Position numbers and translations under genes: made by a program. 64,000 bases of DNA. It comes from Candidatus Jorgensenbacteria bacterium GW2011_GWB1_50_10 (GTDB lineage: Bacteria; Patescibacteriota; Minisyncoccia; UBA6257; GWB1-50-10). Location: positions 347 to 64,346 of the forward strand of contig LCQK01000002.1 in NCBI GenBank assembly GCA_001004105.1, read 5' to 3'. Below the pieces are notes generated by a model, which was not told the origin of the DNA, made no database searches, and worked only from the letters and a program-made list of their open reading frames with translations. This document shows positions 19,579-28,148 of this stretch, in pieces (position 1 is the stretch's first letter; every line of letters begins with the position of its first letter).

Positions 19579-19812
19579 CTAAGAAGTGGTCTCAATTTTA
19601 ATAAAATCTATTTTATATTGACGTTCTTTAGATGGGTCAAGATGAATTCCTGAATAAGTCCATCCTGGAATATCAGCAACAAAGCTAGTAACTTCTTTAC
19701 AATCAAATGTCGCGACAATAAAATCATCCTTTGGGTTAGGAAAAATAATATTAGTACAACCCATTTTCTCTAAAGCCTCTTTAATTTTCATTAAGATATC
19801 GTTTTTATCCAT
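19579..19812 (-). CDS. Hypothetical small protein (AT-rich island)
   Basis: 77-aa ORF immediately downstream of the ClpP-like gene; about 33% GC. Confidence 0.4.
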   Translation of the reverse strand: MDKNDILMKIKEALEKMGCTNIIFPNPKDDFIVATFDCKEVTSFVADIPGWTYSGIHLDPSKERQYKIDFIKIETTS

Positions 19813-19817
19813 ATTTT

Positions 19818-20363
19818 TTAGTTAATAATTACTATATCTTCTCTTAATACTCCTTTCGGTGGTATTTCTAGATGATTGATGGCTTGCACAATCCCACATT
19901 GAAGTGCTTGTTGTGCAGTAATACTTGTTCCGGTTTTCATCATGTTTTGAACTTTTTGAAGATCTAAACTGCAATTCTCGGAAATAAAATAAGCTATACG
20001 AGTACTCTCTGTTTTTACTGCTAAAAGTTGTTCATTAAGTCCCTTCTCGTCAAATATACCTTGTGTTGTCGCTCCATGCATATAGAATTTTGCATAAGAT
20101 TCTGCCGTTCTCTCTTTTGCGGAAAGATATATCACATTCGCAATAGAATCAATATTATTAGTAGCATGGATAGAAATGGGAATTTTGCAATTTTGAATAA
20201 CAGAAGCTAACGTGAATCCTTCCTGCGTACTCCCTCCTAATGAAGAAAACAATAAAATAATTTTTTTAGCACCTTGTTGAGTAGCGTTATTAACTGCGTT
20301 TAGCAATCTATTACCAAAACCCTGTTCAATTATCCCAGCGAAAACGATATAATAATCCATCAC
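19818..20363 (-). CDS. ClpP/crotonase-fold serine-protease-like protein (S14/S49 class)
   Basis: Aligns by eye to ClpP: LLFSSLGGS against the ClpP SPGGS block, a TNNIDS Ser position, and a FYMHGA His position. AT-rich. Confidence 0.55.
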   Translation of the reverse strand: MMDYYIVFAGIIEQGFGNRLLNAVNNATQQGAKKIILLFSSLGGSTQEGFTLASVIQNCKIPISIHATNNIDSIANVIYLSAKERTAESYAKFYMHGATTQGIFDEKGLNEQLLAVKTESTRIAYFISENCSLDLQKVQNMMKTGTSITAQQALQCGIVQAINHLEIPPKGVLREDIVIIN

Positions 20364-20409
20364 GGTTAAATTATATGTATAAATTTATTTTAAAGATACC
20401 CAACCTTCT

Positions 20410-20787
20410 TCAACTCTTAACAGCAATCATACTTATCTCAACCCGGGCGCCGAGGGGGAGTTCCTTGACGCAAACCGTTTCGCGGGCGGGGAATGGCTCC
20501 GACATATAGCTTCCGTACACTTCATTCACCTCGCCGTAAAGAGATATATCGGTTACGTAAATCGTAGTTTTGACCACATCCTTAAATGACACCCTAGCCG
20601 CCTCAAGAATCGCTTGCAAATTTTTCATTGCTTGGTGAGTTTGTTCTTCAATGCTCCCCTCAAGTGGTTTCCCCTCCGGCGTTAAGTGTACCTGTCCTGA
20701 AGTAAAAACCATATTGCCGTCTACAACCGCCTGCGAGAAAGGACCAGTTGCTTTTGGGGCTTTTGGAGTTTCAATTTTTTTCTTCAT
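20410..20787 (-). CDS. ridA: RidA/YjgF family reactive-intermediate deaminase
   Basis: 125 aa with conserved YjgF blocks (GPFSQAV..G...F.SGQ). Confidence 0.85.
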   Translation of the reverse strand: MKKKIETPKAPKATGPFSQAVVDGNMVFTSGQVHLTPEGKPLEGSIEEQTHQAMKNLQAILEAARVSFKDVVKTTIYVTDISLYGEVNEVYGSYMSEPFPARETVCVKELPLGARVEISMIAVKS

Positions 20788-20798
20788 TGAGAAATTTT

Positions 20799-21236
20799 TT
20801 AAAAGACTTTGCTGCTGATTTCAATTTTCACTCCCTTGATATAATTTTCTATTGATTTATGAACCCCTAATTTCATAGCTTCCTCCGGTGATTTCCAAAA
20901 GAATTCCTTAAGTTCTCTATCATCCAGTTTTACATCATCCGTCAGCGCTTCGCAGAGAACATGGAAATATACGAGGTGGGCTTTTCTATGAAAAGCGGGG
21001 TCATTAATCAGTTCTCCAATATTCACGCAATAGAGGGGCTTAAGTTTCAGTCCTGTTTCTTCTTCACCCTCTCTTTTTGCGGCCTCTAAAATTGTTTCGC
21101 CGAGCTCCACATGTCCTCCGGGGAGAAGATATTTCTCACCCCATTTGTGTGATTTTATGAGTAGAACTTTTTTCTCTCTATTCACAATAAGTGCAGAAGC
21201 AACCACCTCAGCATAATTGTAATTTTTAGGTGTCAT
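20799..21236 (-). CDS. NUDIX hydrolase
   Basis: Nudix box GGHVELGETILEAAKREGEEETG. The start is trimmed to the internal Met to avoid overlap with the upstream gene. Confidence 0.8.
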   Translation of the reverse strand: MTPKNYNYAEVVASALIVNREKKVLLIKSHKWGEKYLLPGGHVELGETILEAAKREGEEETGLKLKPLYCVNIGELINDPAFHRKAHLVYFHVLCEALTDDVKLDDRELKEFFWKSPEEAMKLGVHKSIENYIKGVKIEISSKVF

Positions 21237-21260
21237 GTTTAGAGATATTAGATTGATTAT

Positions 21261-21286
21261 ATAAACCTTTTCTTTTCTAAGCCAGA
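21261..21286 (+). repeat. 26-nt family-B motif ATAAACCTTTTCTTTTCTAAGCCAGA
   Basis: Identical to the copy at 58570-58595. About 25 nt upstream (on the - strand) of the NUDIX start. Confidence 0.6.
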
Positions 21287-21304
21287 TTTTGAAATAGTGG
21301 GGGA

Positions 21305-22093
21305 TTATCTTCTGATAATAAAATAAAACCCCGGGTATACCATTCCATGGAGACCCTTCTGCGGCTCTTTGCTCTCCAATTGGTTGTTGATTTCCCAATC
21401 ATGAGTCATCGCGTAATGCAAACCGACAAGACCATCCTCGGCCGGAGGATTTTCGCAATAATAACCGTCAACTTGGTCGGAAAGAAGCGTAACCTTGGCT
21501 CCAAAACCGAGTGATAGTTCCTTACCGTTTATAAATTTGTAGCCGCGCTTTTCAATTTCTTGCCACATAGCTTCGGGTATCTTTTTGATTGGGTCGCCGT
21601 ACGGGTAAGTAATGATCTTATTTCCGTTTGCTGAAAGATTCAGCGTTGGCCGTTTTCCGGATTCTTGGTGCTCCTTGCCGATAAATTTGTGAGTCCAGTC
21701 CATTGCCGGGTAGTGGTCAAAGGTGTATAGAGGCAGGCCGTCTTTCTGAATGCTAATAATTAGGCTGTAAATCGGCTCACGGGCGGCATAGCGATACGTC
21801 CCGTCAATTGGGTCTACTGTCAGTAAAAATTCCCCTTCCGGGTCAAATTTGTCCACCAAATCTGTTTTTTCTTCGGCAATCAGACGGCATTGAATAAGCT
21901 CCGTTTTGCTGATGGCGGACAATACCGCTTCTTGAACTGCAAAGTCCGCTTCGGTAACCACGTCAACCTCATCGATTCCCGTACTCTTCTTTTTCTTAGG
22001 AGATATTTCCCGCTGCATCTTCACGGCAATTTTACCCGCCTCAATAAAGGCGGGTTCTAATTTCTTAATCGTTTCTAGATAACTCTCAATCAT
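21305..22093 (-). CDS. Inositol monophosphatase family protein (SuhB/CysQ-like)
   Basis: DPIDGT motif; 262 aa. Confidence 0.82.
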   Translation of the reverse strand: MIESYLETIKKLEPAFIEAGKIAVKMQREISPKKKKSTGIDEVDVVTEADFAVQEAVLSAISKTELIQCRLIAEEKTDLVDKFDPEGEFLLTVDPIDGTYRYAAREPIYSLIISIQKDGLPLYTFDHYPAMDWTHKFIGKEHQESGKRPTLNLSANGNKIITYPYGDPIKKIPEAMWQEIEKRGYKFINGKELSLGFGAKVTLLSDQVDGYYCENPPAEDGLVGLHYAMTHDWEINNQLESKEPQKGLHGMVYPGFYFIIRR

Positions 22094-22102
22094 TTTTCAA
22101 TT

Positions 22103-22128
22103 ATAAACTTTTTCTTTCCTAAGCCAGA
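22103..22128 (+). repeat. 26-nt family-B motif variant ATAAACTTTTTCTTTCCTAAGCCAGA
   Basis: 2 substitutions relative to the 21261 copy. 10 nt upstream (on the - strand) of the IMPase-family start. Confidence 0.6.
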
Positions 22129-22233
22129 CACAATTTAAAACTATTGACAAATAACGTAATTTTTGATTCTATTTAAGACAGTTATTTCTGCAGCCGTGCA
22201 AGGCGGCCCCGGCCTCGGGCAGAGGCGAATTTT

Positions 22234-22815
22234 TTGGCAACCAGCCGAGAAAGGCAGGTTCGTATGAAGTACGGGGAACTTACGCTGGGCCAGGTGGAGG
22301 CGATGGTGAATAAGGTCGGCGGCATGGATGGCGTGAAGCGTCTCCTTGCGGGTGAACTTGCGGTCGGCCCGAAGTGGGAAGTTGAGAGCGTCTTCCGCAT
22401 CGACTGCTGGGGTGATCAAACAGCGAGCGAACTCGTCCGGCTCGGCCAATACGACCGGGTAAATGATTTCGTGACGGACGAGCGATTTCCGCTCGTAAGG
22501 CACGACCCCGAGGAGCGCGTGGTTGAGCTCATTAAACTCGCCAACAAATCGACCTCAGAAGAAGTGCTCCGTGAGTTGGAGGTACGCGGTCTTGCCCGGC
22601 CCACAGCCGAAGACGCTCTCTACTTCGGGAGGAAGTATCTTAGAGAGCAACAGAAGCGCCCAATCGTCTTCCTACATGAGCCGGTGCTTGTCCCGGGTGG
22701 TGACCGCGTCGTTCTCGTCCTGGGCGGGTACGCTTCGAGGCGGAATTTGGACCTGCTCTGGTTTGGATATCGGTGGGATCGGTTCTACGCCTTCGCTGGT
22801 GTCCACAAGAAGTAG
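22234..22815 (+). CDS. Hypothetical protein
   Basis: 193-aa ORF, GC-rich, no recognisable domain. Confidence 0.4.
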   Translation: MATSRERQVRMKYGELTLGQVEAMVNKVGGMDGVKRLLAGELAVGPKWEVESVFRIDCWGDQTASELVRLGQYDRVNDFVTDERFPLVRHDPEERVVELIKLANKSTSEEVLRELEVRGLARPTAEDALYFGRKYLREQQKRPIVFLHEPVLVPGGDRVVLVLGGYASRRNLDLLWFGYRWDRFYAFAGVHKK

Positions 22816-22882
22816 AAGATCATCTAGTTCTTGGCAGTCAACGGCTGCGTGAGCAATCACGCAGCCGTTTCTCATTTTTCTA

Positions 22883-24889
22883 CTATCTGGGTTTTTGCCA
22901 GCTTGCGTAGTCGCAGTCGGGGTAGCGGGTGCAGCCGTAGAAAAAGCGGCCCTTGCGGGTGCGGCGGCGGATGACCTCGCCCTCGCCGCATTTCGGGCAT
23001 TTCATTCTTATGCCGTTCTCGTCTTTTAGCCCCACATTTTTCACGAGCGACTTCGCGTTTTTGCATTCAGGGAAACCGGAGCAGGCGAGGAAGCGGCCAA
23101 AACGTCCCGTTTTAATCACCATCGGTTTGCCGCATTTCTCGCAAACTTCCTCGGTTTTCTCTTCCTTCACTAAATCGCTTTTGGAAACTTCCTCATATTT
23201 TTCGCCCAAGTGTTTGGCGAACGGTTCGTAAAAATTCCTGATTACCTTTTGCCACTTTTCTTTGCCTTCGGCGATTTTGTCCAAATCCTCCTCCATTTTG
23301 GCGGTAAAGCCGATATCCACGACAACCGGAAAATGCTCGCGGAGGACTTTGTTCACGAGTTCGCCGAGTTCGGTCGGCTGGAGCCGCCGCCCTTCGTTCT
23401 TTTCCACGTAGTTGCGCGTCTGAATCACGGAGATGGTCGGCGCGTAGGTGGACGGCCGGCCGATGCCCTCGGCCTCCAGCCGCTTGATCAAGCTCGCTTC
23501 GTTGAAGCGGGCCGGCGGTTCGGTGAAGTGCTGAGCGGGATTAACTTTTTCCACCTCTAAATTCTCACCCTCGGAAACTTCCGGCAGTTCTTTTTCTTCA
23601 AATTTCTGCGGCCAAACCTTGAGGAAGCCGTCAAAGCGGAGAACGTTACCATTAGCTGATAGCTGATAGCTGATAGGTGATAGAGAACTCTTGGCGGCAA
23701 TTTCAATGTGGGTGGAATCAAAGCTTGCTTCGGGCATCTGGGAGGCGATGAAACGGCGCCAGATAAGTTCGTAAAGTTTCTTTTCCCCTGCTTCTTCTAA
23801 TTCTATTTTCTCCGGCGTAATTAGTGGATTTGTCGGCCGAACCGCTTCGTGGGCTTCCTGGGCGAGCCGGGATTTGCCTTTGAAGATACGCGGCGAGGAG
23901 AGGAGATATTTTTCGCCGAATTCGTTTCCGATTGTTTTTGCGGCGGCTTCAAGCGACTCGCGGGAGAGATTCACCGAATCCGTCCTCATATAGGTAATGT
24001 GGCCGTTTTCGTAGAGCCGCTGGGCGAACATCATCGTCTGCCTCACGCTCATCCGTAGGCGTTGGGATGCCGCCTGCTGGAGAGTGCTCGTGGTGAAGGG
24101 CGGGAGGGGGTATTTGTGCGTTTCCTTGCTCTCCACGCTCGTCACGCGGCAATCGGACGATTCCAAGTCCTTGGCAATTCTCTTCGCGTCCTTTTCGTTT
24201 TTTAGCCCTAGCTTATCCAGAACCTCGCCGTCAACTTTCGCGAGCGACACTTCAAATTCTTTTTTACCAGATTTTAAAAGAACATCAATTGACCAGTATT
24301 CCTCGGGCTTGAAAGCGCGGATTTCCTCTTCGCGTTCGGCGATGAGGCGCAAAGCGACGGATTGCACCCGGCCGGCGGAGAGCCCGCGGGCGATTTTTTT
24401 CCACAAAAAAGGCGAGAGCTGGTAGCCGACCAGGCGGTCCAAAATCCTTCTCGCCTGCTGGGCATCCACCATGTGCATGTCTATGCCGCGCGGGTTTTTG
24501 AGGGCATCTTCAATGGCCCGCTCGGTGATTTCGTGAAAAACAATCCGCTCCACCTGCGGTAATTTTGAATTTTGAATTTTGAATTTTGAATTTTCCAAGC
24601 CCAGGGCCTCTGCCAGGTGCCAGGCAATTGCTTCGCCCTCGCGGTCTTCATCGGTCGCGAGAATGATTTTGTCGGATTTGGCCGCCAGTTTTTTCAGGGC
24701 CGTGATGGTCTTCCGAGATTTCACGGGAACTATGTAGTGCGGCTCGAAATCTTTATCCACGTCGACACCGAGCTTGGATTTCGGCAAGTCGCGGACGTGG
24801 CCGTAAGAGGACTCTATTTTATATTTGTCGCCAAGAAATTTGCCGATTGTTTTGGCTTTGGTCGGTGATTCAACGATTACGAGGTTCAT
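22883..24889 (-). CDS. topA: DNA topoisomerase I
   Basis: Toprim N-terminus MNLVIVESPTKAKTI; C-terminal Cys4 zinc ribbons. Confidence 0.95.
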   Translation of the reverse strand: MNLVIVESPTKAKTIGKFLGDKYKIESSYGHVRDLPKSKLGVDVDKDFEPHYIVPVKSRKTITALKKLAAKSDKIILATDEDREGEAIAWHLAEALGLENSKFKIQNSKLPQVERIVFHEITERAIEDALKNPRGIDMHMVDAQQARRILDRLVGYQLSPFLWKKIARGLSAGRVQSVALRLIAEREEEIRAFKPEEYWSIDVLLKSGKKEFEVSLAKVDGEVLDKLGLKNEKDAKRIAKDLESSDCRVTSVESKETHKYPLPPFTTSTLQQAASQRLRMSVRQTMMFAQRLYENGHITYMRTDSVNLSRESLEAAAKTIGNEFGEKYLLSSPRIFKGKSRLAQEAHEAVRPTNPLITPEKIELEEAGEKKLYELIWRRFIASQMPEASFDSTHIEIAAKSSLSPISYQLSANGNVLRFDGFLKVWPQKFEEKELPEVSEGENLEVEKVNPAQHFTEPPARFNEASLIKRLEAEGIGRPSTYAPTISVIQTRNYVEKNEGRRLQPTELGELVNKVLREHFPVVVDIGFTAKMEEDLDKIAEGKEKWQKVIRNFYEPFAKHLGEKYEEVSKSDLVKEEKTEEVCEKCGKPMVIKTGRFGRFLACSGFPECKNAKSLVKNVGLKDENGIRMKCPKCGEGEVIRRRTRKGRFFYGCTRYPDCDYASWQKPR
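23654..23681. repeat. Heptanucleotide tandem repeat (AGCTGAT x3 + AGGTGAT) inside topA
   Basis: Seen directly. Confidence 0.7.
24561..24598. repeat. Heptanucleotide tandem repeat (AATTTTG x5.4) inside topA (encodes ENSKFKIQNSK)
   Basis: Seen directly. Confidence 0.8.
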
Positions 24890-25767
24890 TGGTGTATTCT
24901 GAATTTTCCGTTGCTTTCCTCAATAAATCCATCGAGGGTCAGGAACGTTAATTTTTGTGTCACAACGTTTGGGTCAAGTTTAGTGATTTCGACGAGCTTG
25001 TCAACGTGAAGCGGTTCGGCGGAGTTTTTAATCGTTTCCAAAATCAAAAGCGATGCTTCGTCCTGCGCCGCTTTTTTTGTTTCGTTTTTGGCGGCTAAGT
25101 TGTAGGGCGCGAGCGTTTCGGCTAAATCTTCCAAGACATCTTTAGCGGAAGTGACGATTCTTGCGCCGTTCCGCAAGAGCATATGCGAACCCTCGTAGTT
25201 TTGGTGGCCAGCCCGACCGGGCACGACGAATACTTCGCGGCCCTGGTCCAAAGCGTGTTTGGCCGTGACGAGTGCGCCAGAGTCAATCGGCGCTTCAAGG
25301 ACGATAACCGCAAGCGATAGGCCGCTTACGATTCTGTTTCTTTCCAAAAATTGATGGGGCATTGGCGGCGTGCCGGGGAGATACTCGGATAAAATGCCGC
25401 CGTTTTGATTCAGGATTTTCTGAGCCAGATTGTAGTGGGAATGGGGATAAACTATATCCACGCCGTTGCCGAGCACGGCGAAAGTCCGTCCGCCCGCGGC
25501 GAGCGCCCCTTCGTGGGCGGCCGCATCAATCCCGAGCGCCAGACCGCTTACAATCGTAATGCCCGCCTGGGCGAGGTCGTAGCTAATGGTTTTGGCAACA
25601 GCGAGGCCGTCGTTCGTGGCTTTGCGGGTGCCGACAATAGCGATGAGCGGTTCGTTCTGCGGTAAATGCCCTAAATAGTAAAGTTCCTGCGGCGCACCCT
25701 TAACTTCTTTCAAAAGGGTCGGATAAATTTTATCGGCGAGGGATATTTTCTTAATTGGTAAGGGCAT
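24886..25767 (-). CDS. dprA: DNA processing protein DprA (Smf)
   Basis: Rossmann-like block GLALGIDAAAHEGAL...GNGVD. 4-nt overlap with topA, which is the classic dprA-topA pairing. Confidence 0.9.
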   Translation of the reverse strand: MPLPIKKISLADKIYPTLLKEVKGAPQELYYLGHLPQNEPLIAIVGTRKATNDGLAVAKTISYDLAQAGITIVSGLALGIDAAAHEGALAAGGRTFAVLGNGVDIVYPHSHYNLAQKILNQNGGILSEYLPGTPPMPHQFLERNRIVSGLSLAVIVLEAPIDSGALVTAKHALDQGREVFVVPGRAGHQNYEGSHMLLRNGARIVTSAKDVLEDLAETLAPYNLAAKNETKKAAQDEASLLILETIKNSAEPLHVDKLVEITKLDPNVVTQKLTFLTLDGFIEESNGKFRIHQ

Positions 25768-25805
25768 TAAAATTATGATAAAGTTTTAATGTTTATAAGC
25801 AAACG

Positions 25806-26159
25806 ATGCTGGGGATTATTGGTAAAATTTATTCAGAAAGAAAAGTGATGTTCGTTTTGCTCGCCGCCGCCATGGCACTTATGGCTTTTTCCCTGGTTTT
25901 GGTCCTTTTGAACGTCAATGAACTAAGCGCGCCGCTCATTCTTCACTTTGACAAACTGAAAGGCATTGATTTTTTGGGCGAGAAAAGCGACGTCTGGGGA
26001 ATTTGGGCTGGCGGGTTTGCGCTTCTGGTTTTGAATTCGCTCCTCGCTAGCGTCTTTTTCCACCGGGAGCGGGTGCTCGCTTACGTTTTTGCCGGCGTAA
26101 ATCTCTTGTTTGCGGTTCTGGTGCTAGTCGCCTTGGGCGTTATTTTTTCCGTCAACTGA
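25806..26159 (+). CDS. Hypothetical membrane protein (4 TM)
   Basis: Hydrophobic 117-aa ORF. Confidence 0.45.
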   Translation: MLGIIGKIYSERKVMFVLLAAAMALMAFSLVLVLLNVNELSAPLILHFDKLKGIDFLGEKSDVWGIWAGGFALLVLNSLLASVFFHRERVLAYVFAGVNLLFAVLVLVALGVIFSVN

Positions 26160-26160
26160 C

Positions 26161-27201
26161 ATGGATAATCTGCTTATCATAGCCGTATTTGTCCTTGCTG
26201 CCGCCGTAGCAGCGCTCTTATGGTTTATTTTCAAGCGTGGTGGCGCCGGCGGCGACAATCAGTCGATGCTAATGCTTCAGCAGCAATTAAATAACCTCAA
26301 CCGCACTATTGATTCCAAAATCGGCGAATCAACGAAAGCGATGCAGCGGCAGTTCGGCGAGAGCGCGAAAATCATCCGCGACGTGACGGAGCGCCTGACG
26401 CGGCTCGATGAAACGAACAAACAGGTGGTGAATTTCGCCGACCAGCTGAAATCCCTGCAGGATATCCTGAAAAATCCGAAACAGCGCGGGGTTTTGGGAG
26501 AGTATTATCTGGAGACGGTTTTGAAAAACGTGATGCCGCCGGGCACTTACCAGATGCAGTACGAGTTCAAGGACGGCACAATCGTGGATGCGGTGGTTTT
26601 CGTCAAAGAAAAAATCATTCCAATTGATTCCAAGTTCAGCTTGGAAAATTACAATCGTCTCATTGCTACTCGCGATGACGCCGAGAAAAAGCGGTTGGAA
26701 GAGGCGTTTCGGAGCGATTTGAAAACCAGGATTGACGAGACTTCAAAATACATCAAGCCGGGGGAGAACACGATGGATTTCGCTTTCATGTTCATTCCGG
26801 CCGAGGCCGTTTATTACGATTTACTCATCAACAAAGTCGGTTCGGTTGAGGCGCGGGATTTGATTGAATACGCCATAGTGGATAAAAAAGTGATTGTGGT
26901 CTCGCCGACCTCGTTTCTCGCGTATCTTCAAACCGTGCTTCAGGGTTTGAAAGCGCTCCAGATTGAAGAGTCGGCTAAGGAAATCAGAAAAAGAGTGGAA
27001 GAGTTGGGCCGGCACTTGGGCAGTTACGAAACCTACATGAAGAAATTGGGGACGCACTTGGGCACCACGGTTAATATGTATAACAGCGCTTCCAAAGAAC
27101 TCGGCAAAATTGACAAGGACGTTTTGCGCATCAGCGGTCGGGCCGCCGGTATTGAACCAATAAGCATTGATGGACCGAGAAGCGCAGACGAAACGGAATA
27201 A
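26161..27201 (+). CDS. rmuC: DNA recombination protein RmuC
   Basis: N-terminal TM, coiled coil, and the conserved RmuC C-terminal block DFAFMFIPAEAVY. Confidence 0.82.
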   Translation: MDNLLIIAVFVLAAAVAALLWFIFKRGGAGGDNQSMLMLQQQLNNLNRTIDSKIGESTKAMQRQFGESAKIIRDVTERLTRLDETNKQVVNFADQLKSLQDILKNPKQRGVLGEYYLETVLKNVMPPGTYQMQYEFKDGTIVDAVVFVKEKIIPIDSKFSLENYNRLIATRDDAEKKRLEEAFRSDLKTRIDETSKYIKPGENTMDFAFMFIPAEAVYYDLLINKVGSVEARDLIEYAIVDKKVIVVSPTSFLAYLQTVLQGLKALQIEESAKEIRKRVEELGRHLGSYETYMKKLGTHLGTTVNMYNSASKELGKIDKDVLRISGRAAGIEPISIDGPRSADETE

Positions 27202-27922
27202 GTTGCTGGAAAAGAAATGGCGGAAGTTTTTGCGCCTCCGGCCGGTTTTTTCGTTCATTCCTTTTCTGGATTTCGTGATTGTTTCGGGTTCTTTAGCCAC
27301 CGGTAACGTTCACGAGAATTCGGATTTTGACGTAATTGTGGGCGCGCGAAAAGGTAAGATTTTCACGGTGCGGGCTTTCTGCGTTTTCGTTTTCGGGATT
27401 TTAGGCCTGCGGCGGCGGGGGATAGACCACAAAGCAGCGTCCAGCGATAAAGTTTGTTTCAATCACTTCGTGACACCGAAGGCCTATCGGCTTTCGCCGC
27501 CCTACAACGATTACTGGGTGAAGCTTTACCAGAATCTCGTGCCGGTTTATGGCAGAGAAAAGGCGGTAAGGGATTTTTTCCGGGCTAACGATTGGGCACT
27601 GCCTGCCGGCAGGCAGGGGCCACGCGAGACAATTTTCAGCGAAAAGTACTGGCAGAGCACAAACCCCAATCCTGCAGGTGGTATACATATGTATACCACC
27701 TGGATTTTAAAGACTTTCTTTGAGTTTGTTTTGCAGGGCTGGATCTTGGGCCGGGTTTTTGAAAAGTTCGTGAAAATCATAGAGCTCCATTACATCAAAA
27801 AGGGAATCAAGAACGGCGCTTTGGGTTTCAAGCCGCGCGTCCGCTACGGCGACGACGAATTGGAATTTCACCCCGACACCGCCCGGATTGAGGAGATGCT
27901 CAAAGAGGACTTGCGTTTTTAG
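27167..27922 (+). CDS. Nucleotidyltransferase-domain protein (Pol-beta-like NTase fold)
   Basis: Motif GSLATG(N5)SDFDVIV followed by a downstream acidic residue; 35-nt overlap with rmuC. Confidence 0.55.
   Translation: MMDREAQTKRNKLLEKKWRKFLRLRPVFSFIPFLDFVIVSGSLATGNVHENSDFDVIVGARKGKIFTVRAFCVFVFGILGLRRRGIDHKAASSDKVCFNHFVTPKAYRLSPPYNDYWVKLYQNLVPVYGREKAVRDFFRANDWALPAGRQGPRETIFSEKYWQSTNPNPAGGIHMYTTWILKTFFEFVLQGWILGRVFEKFVKIIELHYIKKGIKNGALGFKPRVRYGDDELEFHPDTARIEEMLKEDLRF
27674..27701. repeat. Perfect 28-nt palindrome CAGGTGGTATACAT|ATGTATACCACCTG (family C) inside the NTase CDS
   Basis: Core GGTGGTATACATATGTATACCACC is identical to the copy at 40495-40518. Confidence 0.7.
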
Positions 27923-28000
27923 GAATGCCGTGATACAATGCTATTGGTGATGTGTTAATTCCCTTGGCGATCACATCGACAAAGGAATTACCCCAATTCC

Positions 28001-28035
28001 ACAAGCCGCCGCAAGGCGGCTTGTGGTTTTTGCTT
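28001..28035 (+). terminator. Rho-independent terminator CCACAAGCCGCC-GCAA-GGCGGCTTGTGG followed by TTTTT
   Basis: 12-bp stem followed by a T-run. Confidence 0.6.
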
Positions 28036-28082
28036 TTAAAAAGCCCTTATTTTATGCTTATTTTGAGGTGATTGGACTGCTT

Positions 28083-28148
28083 GAGCGGCCGCGGATTCGA
28101 GCACTCACCAAGTAATAAAAAAATTGGAGGTCACCGCCGCGGTCGCTC
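28083..28148 (+). promoter_or_regulatory. secA leader stem: GAGCGGCCGCGG (28083-28094) pairs with CCGCGGTCGCTC (28137-28148), enclosing GGAGG and abutting the secA ATG
   Basis: 12-bp stem with one G-U pair; the Shine-Dalgarno sequence at 28118-28122 lies inside the loop. Confidence 0.4.
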
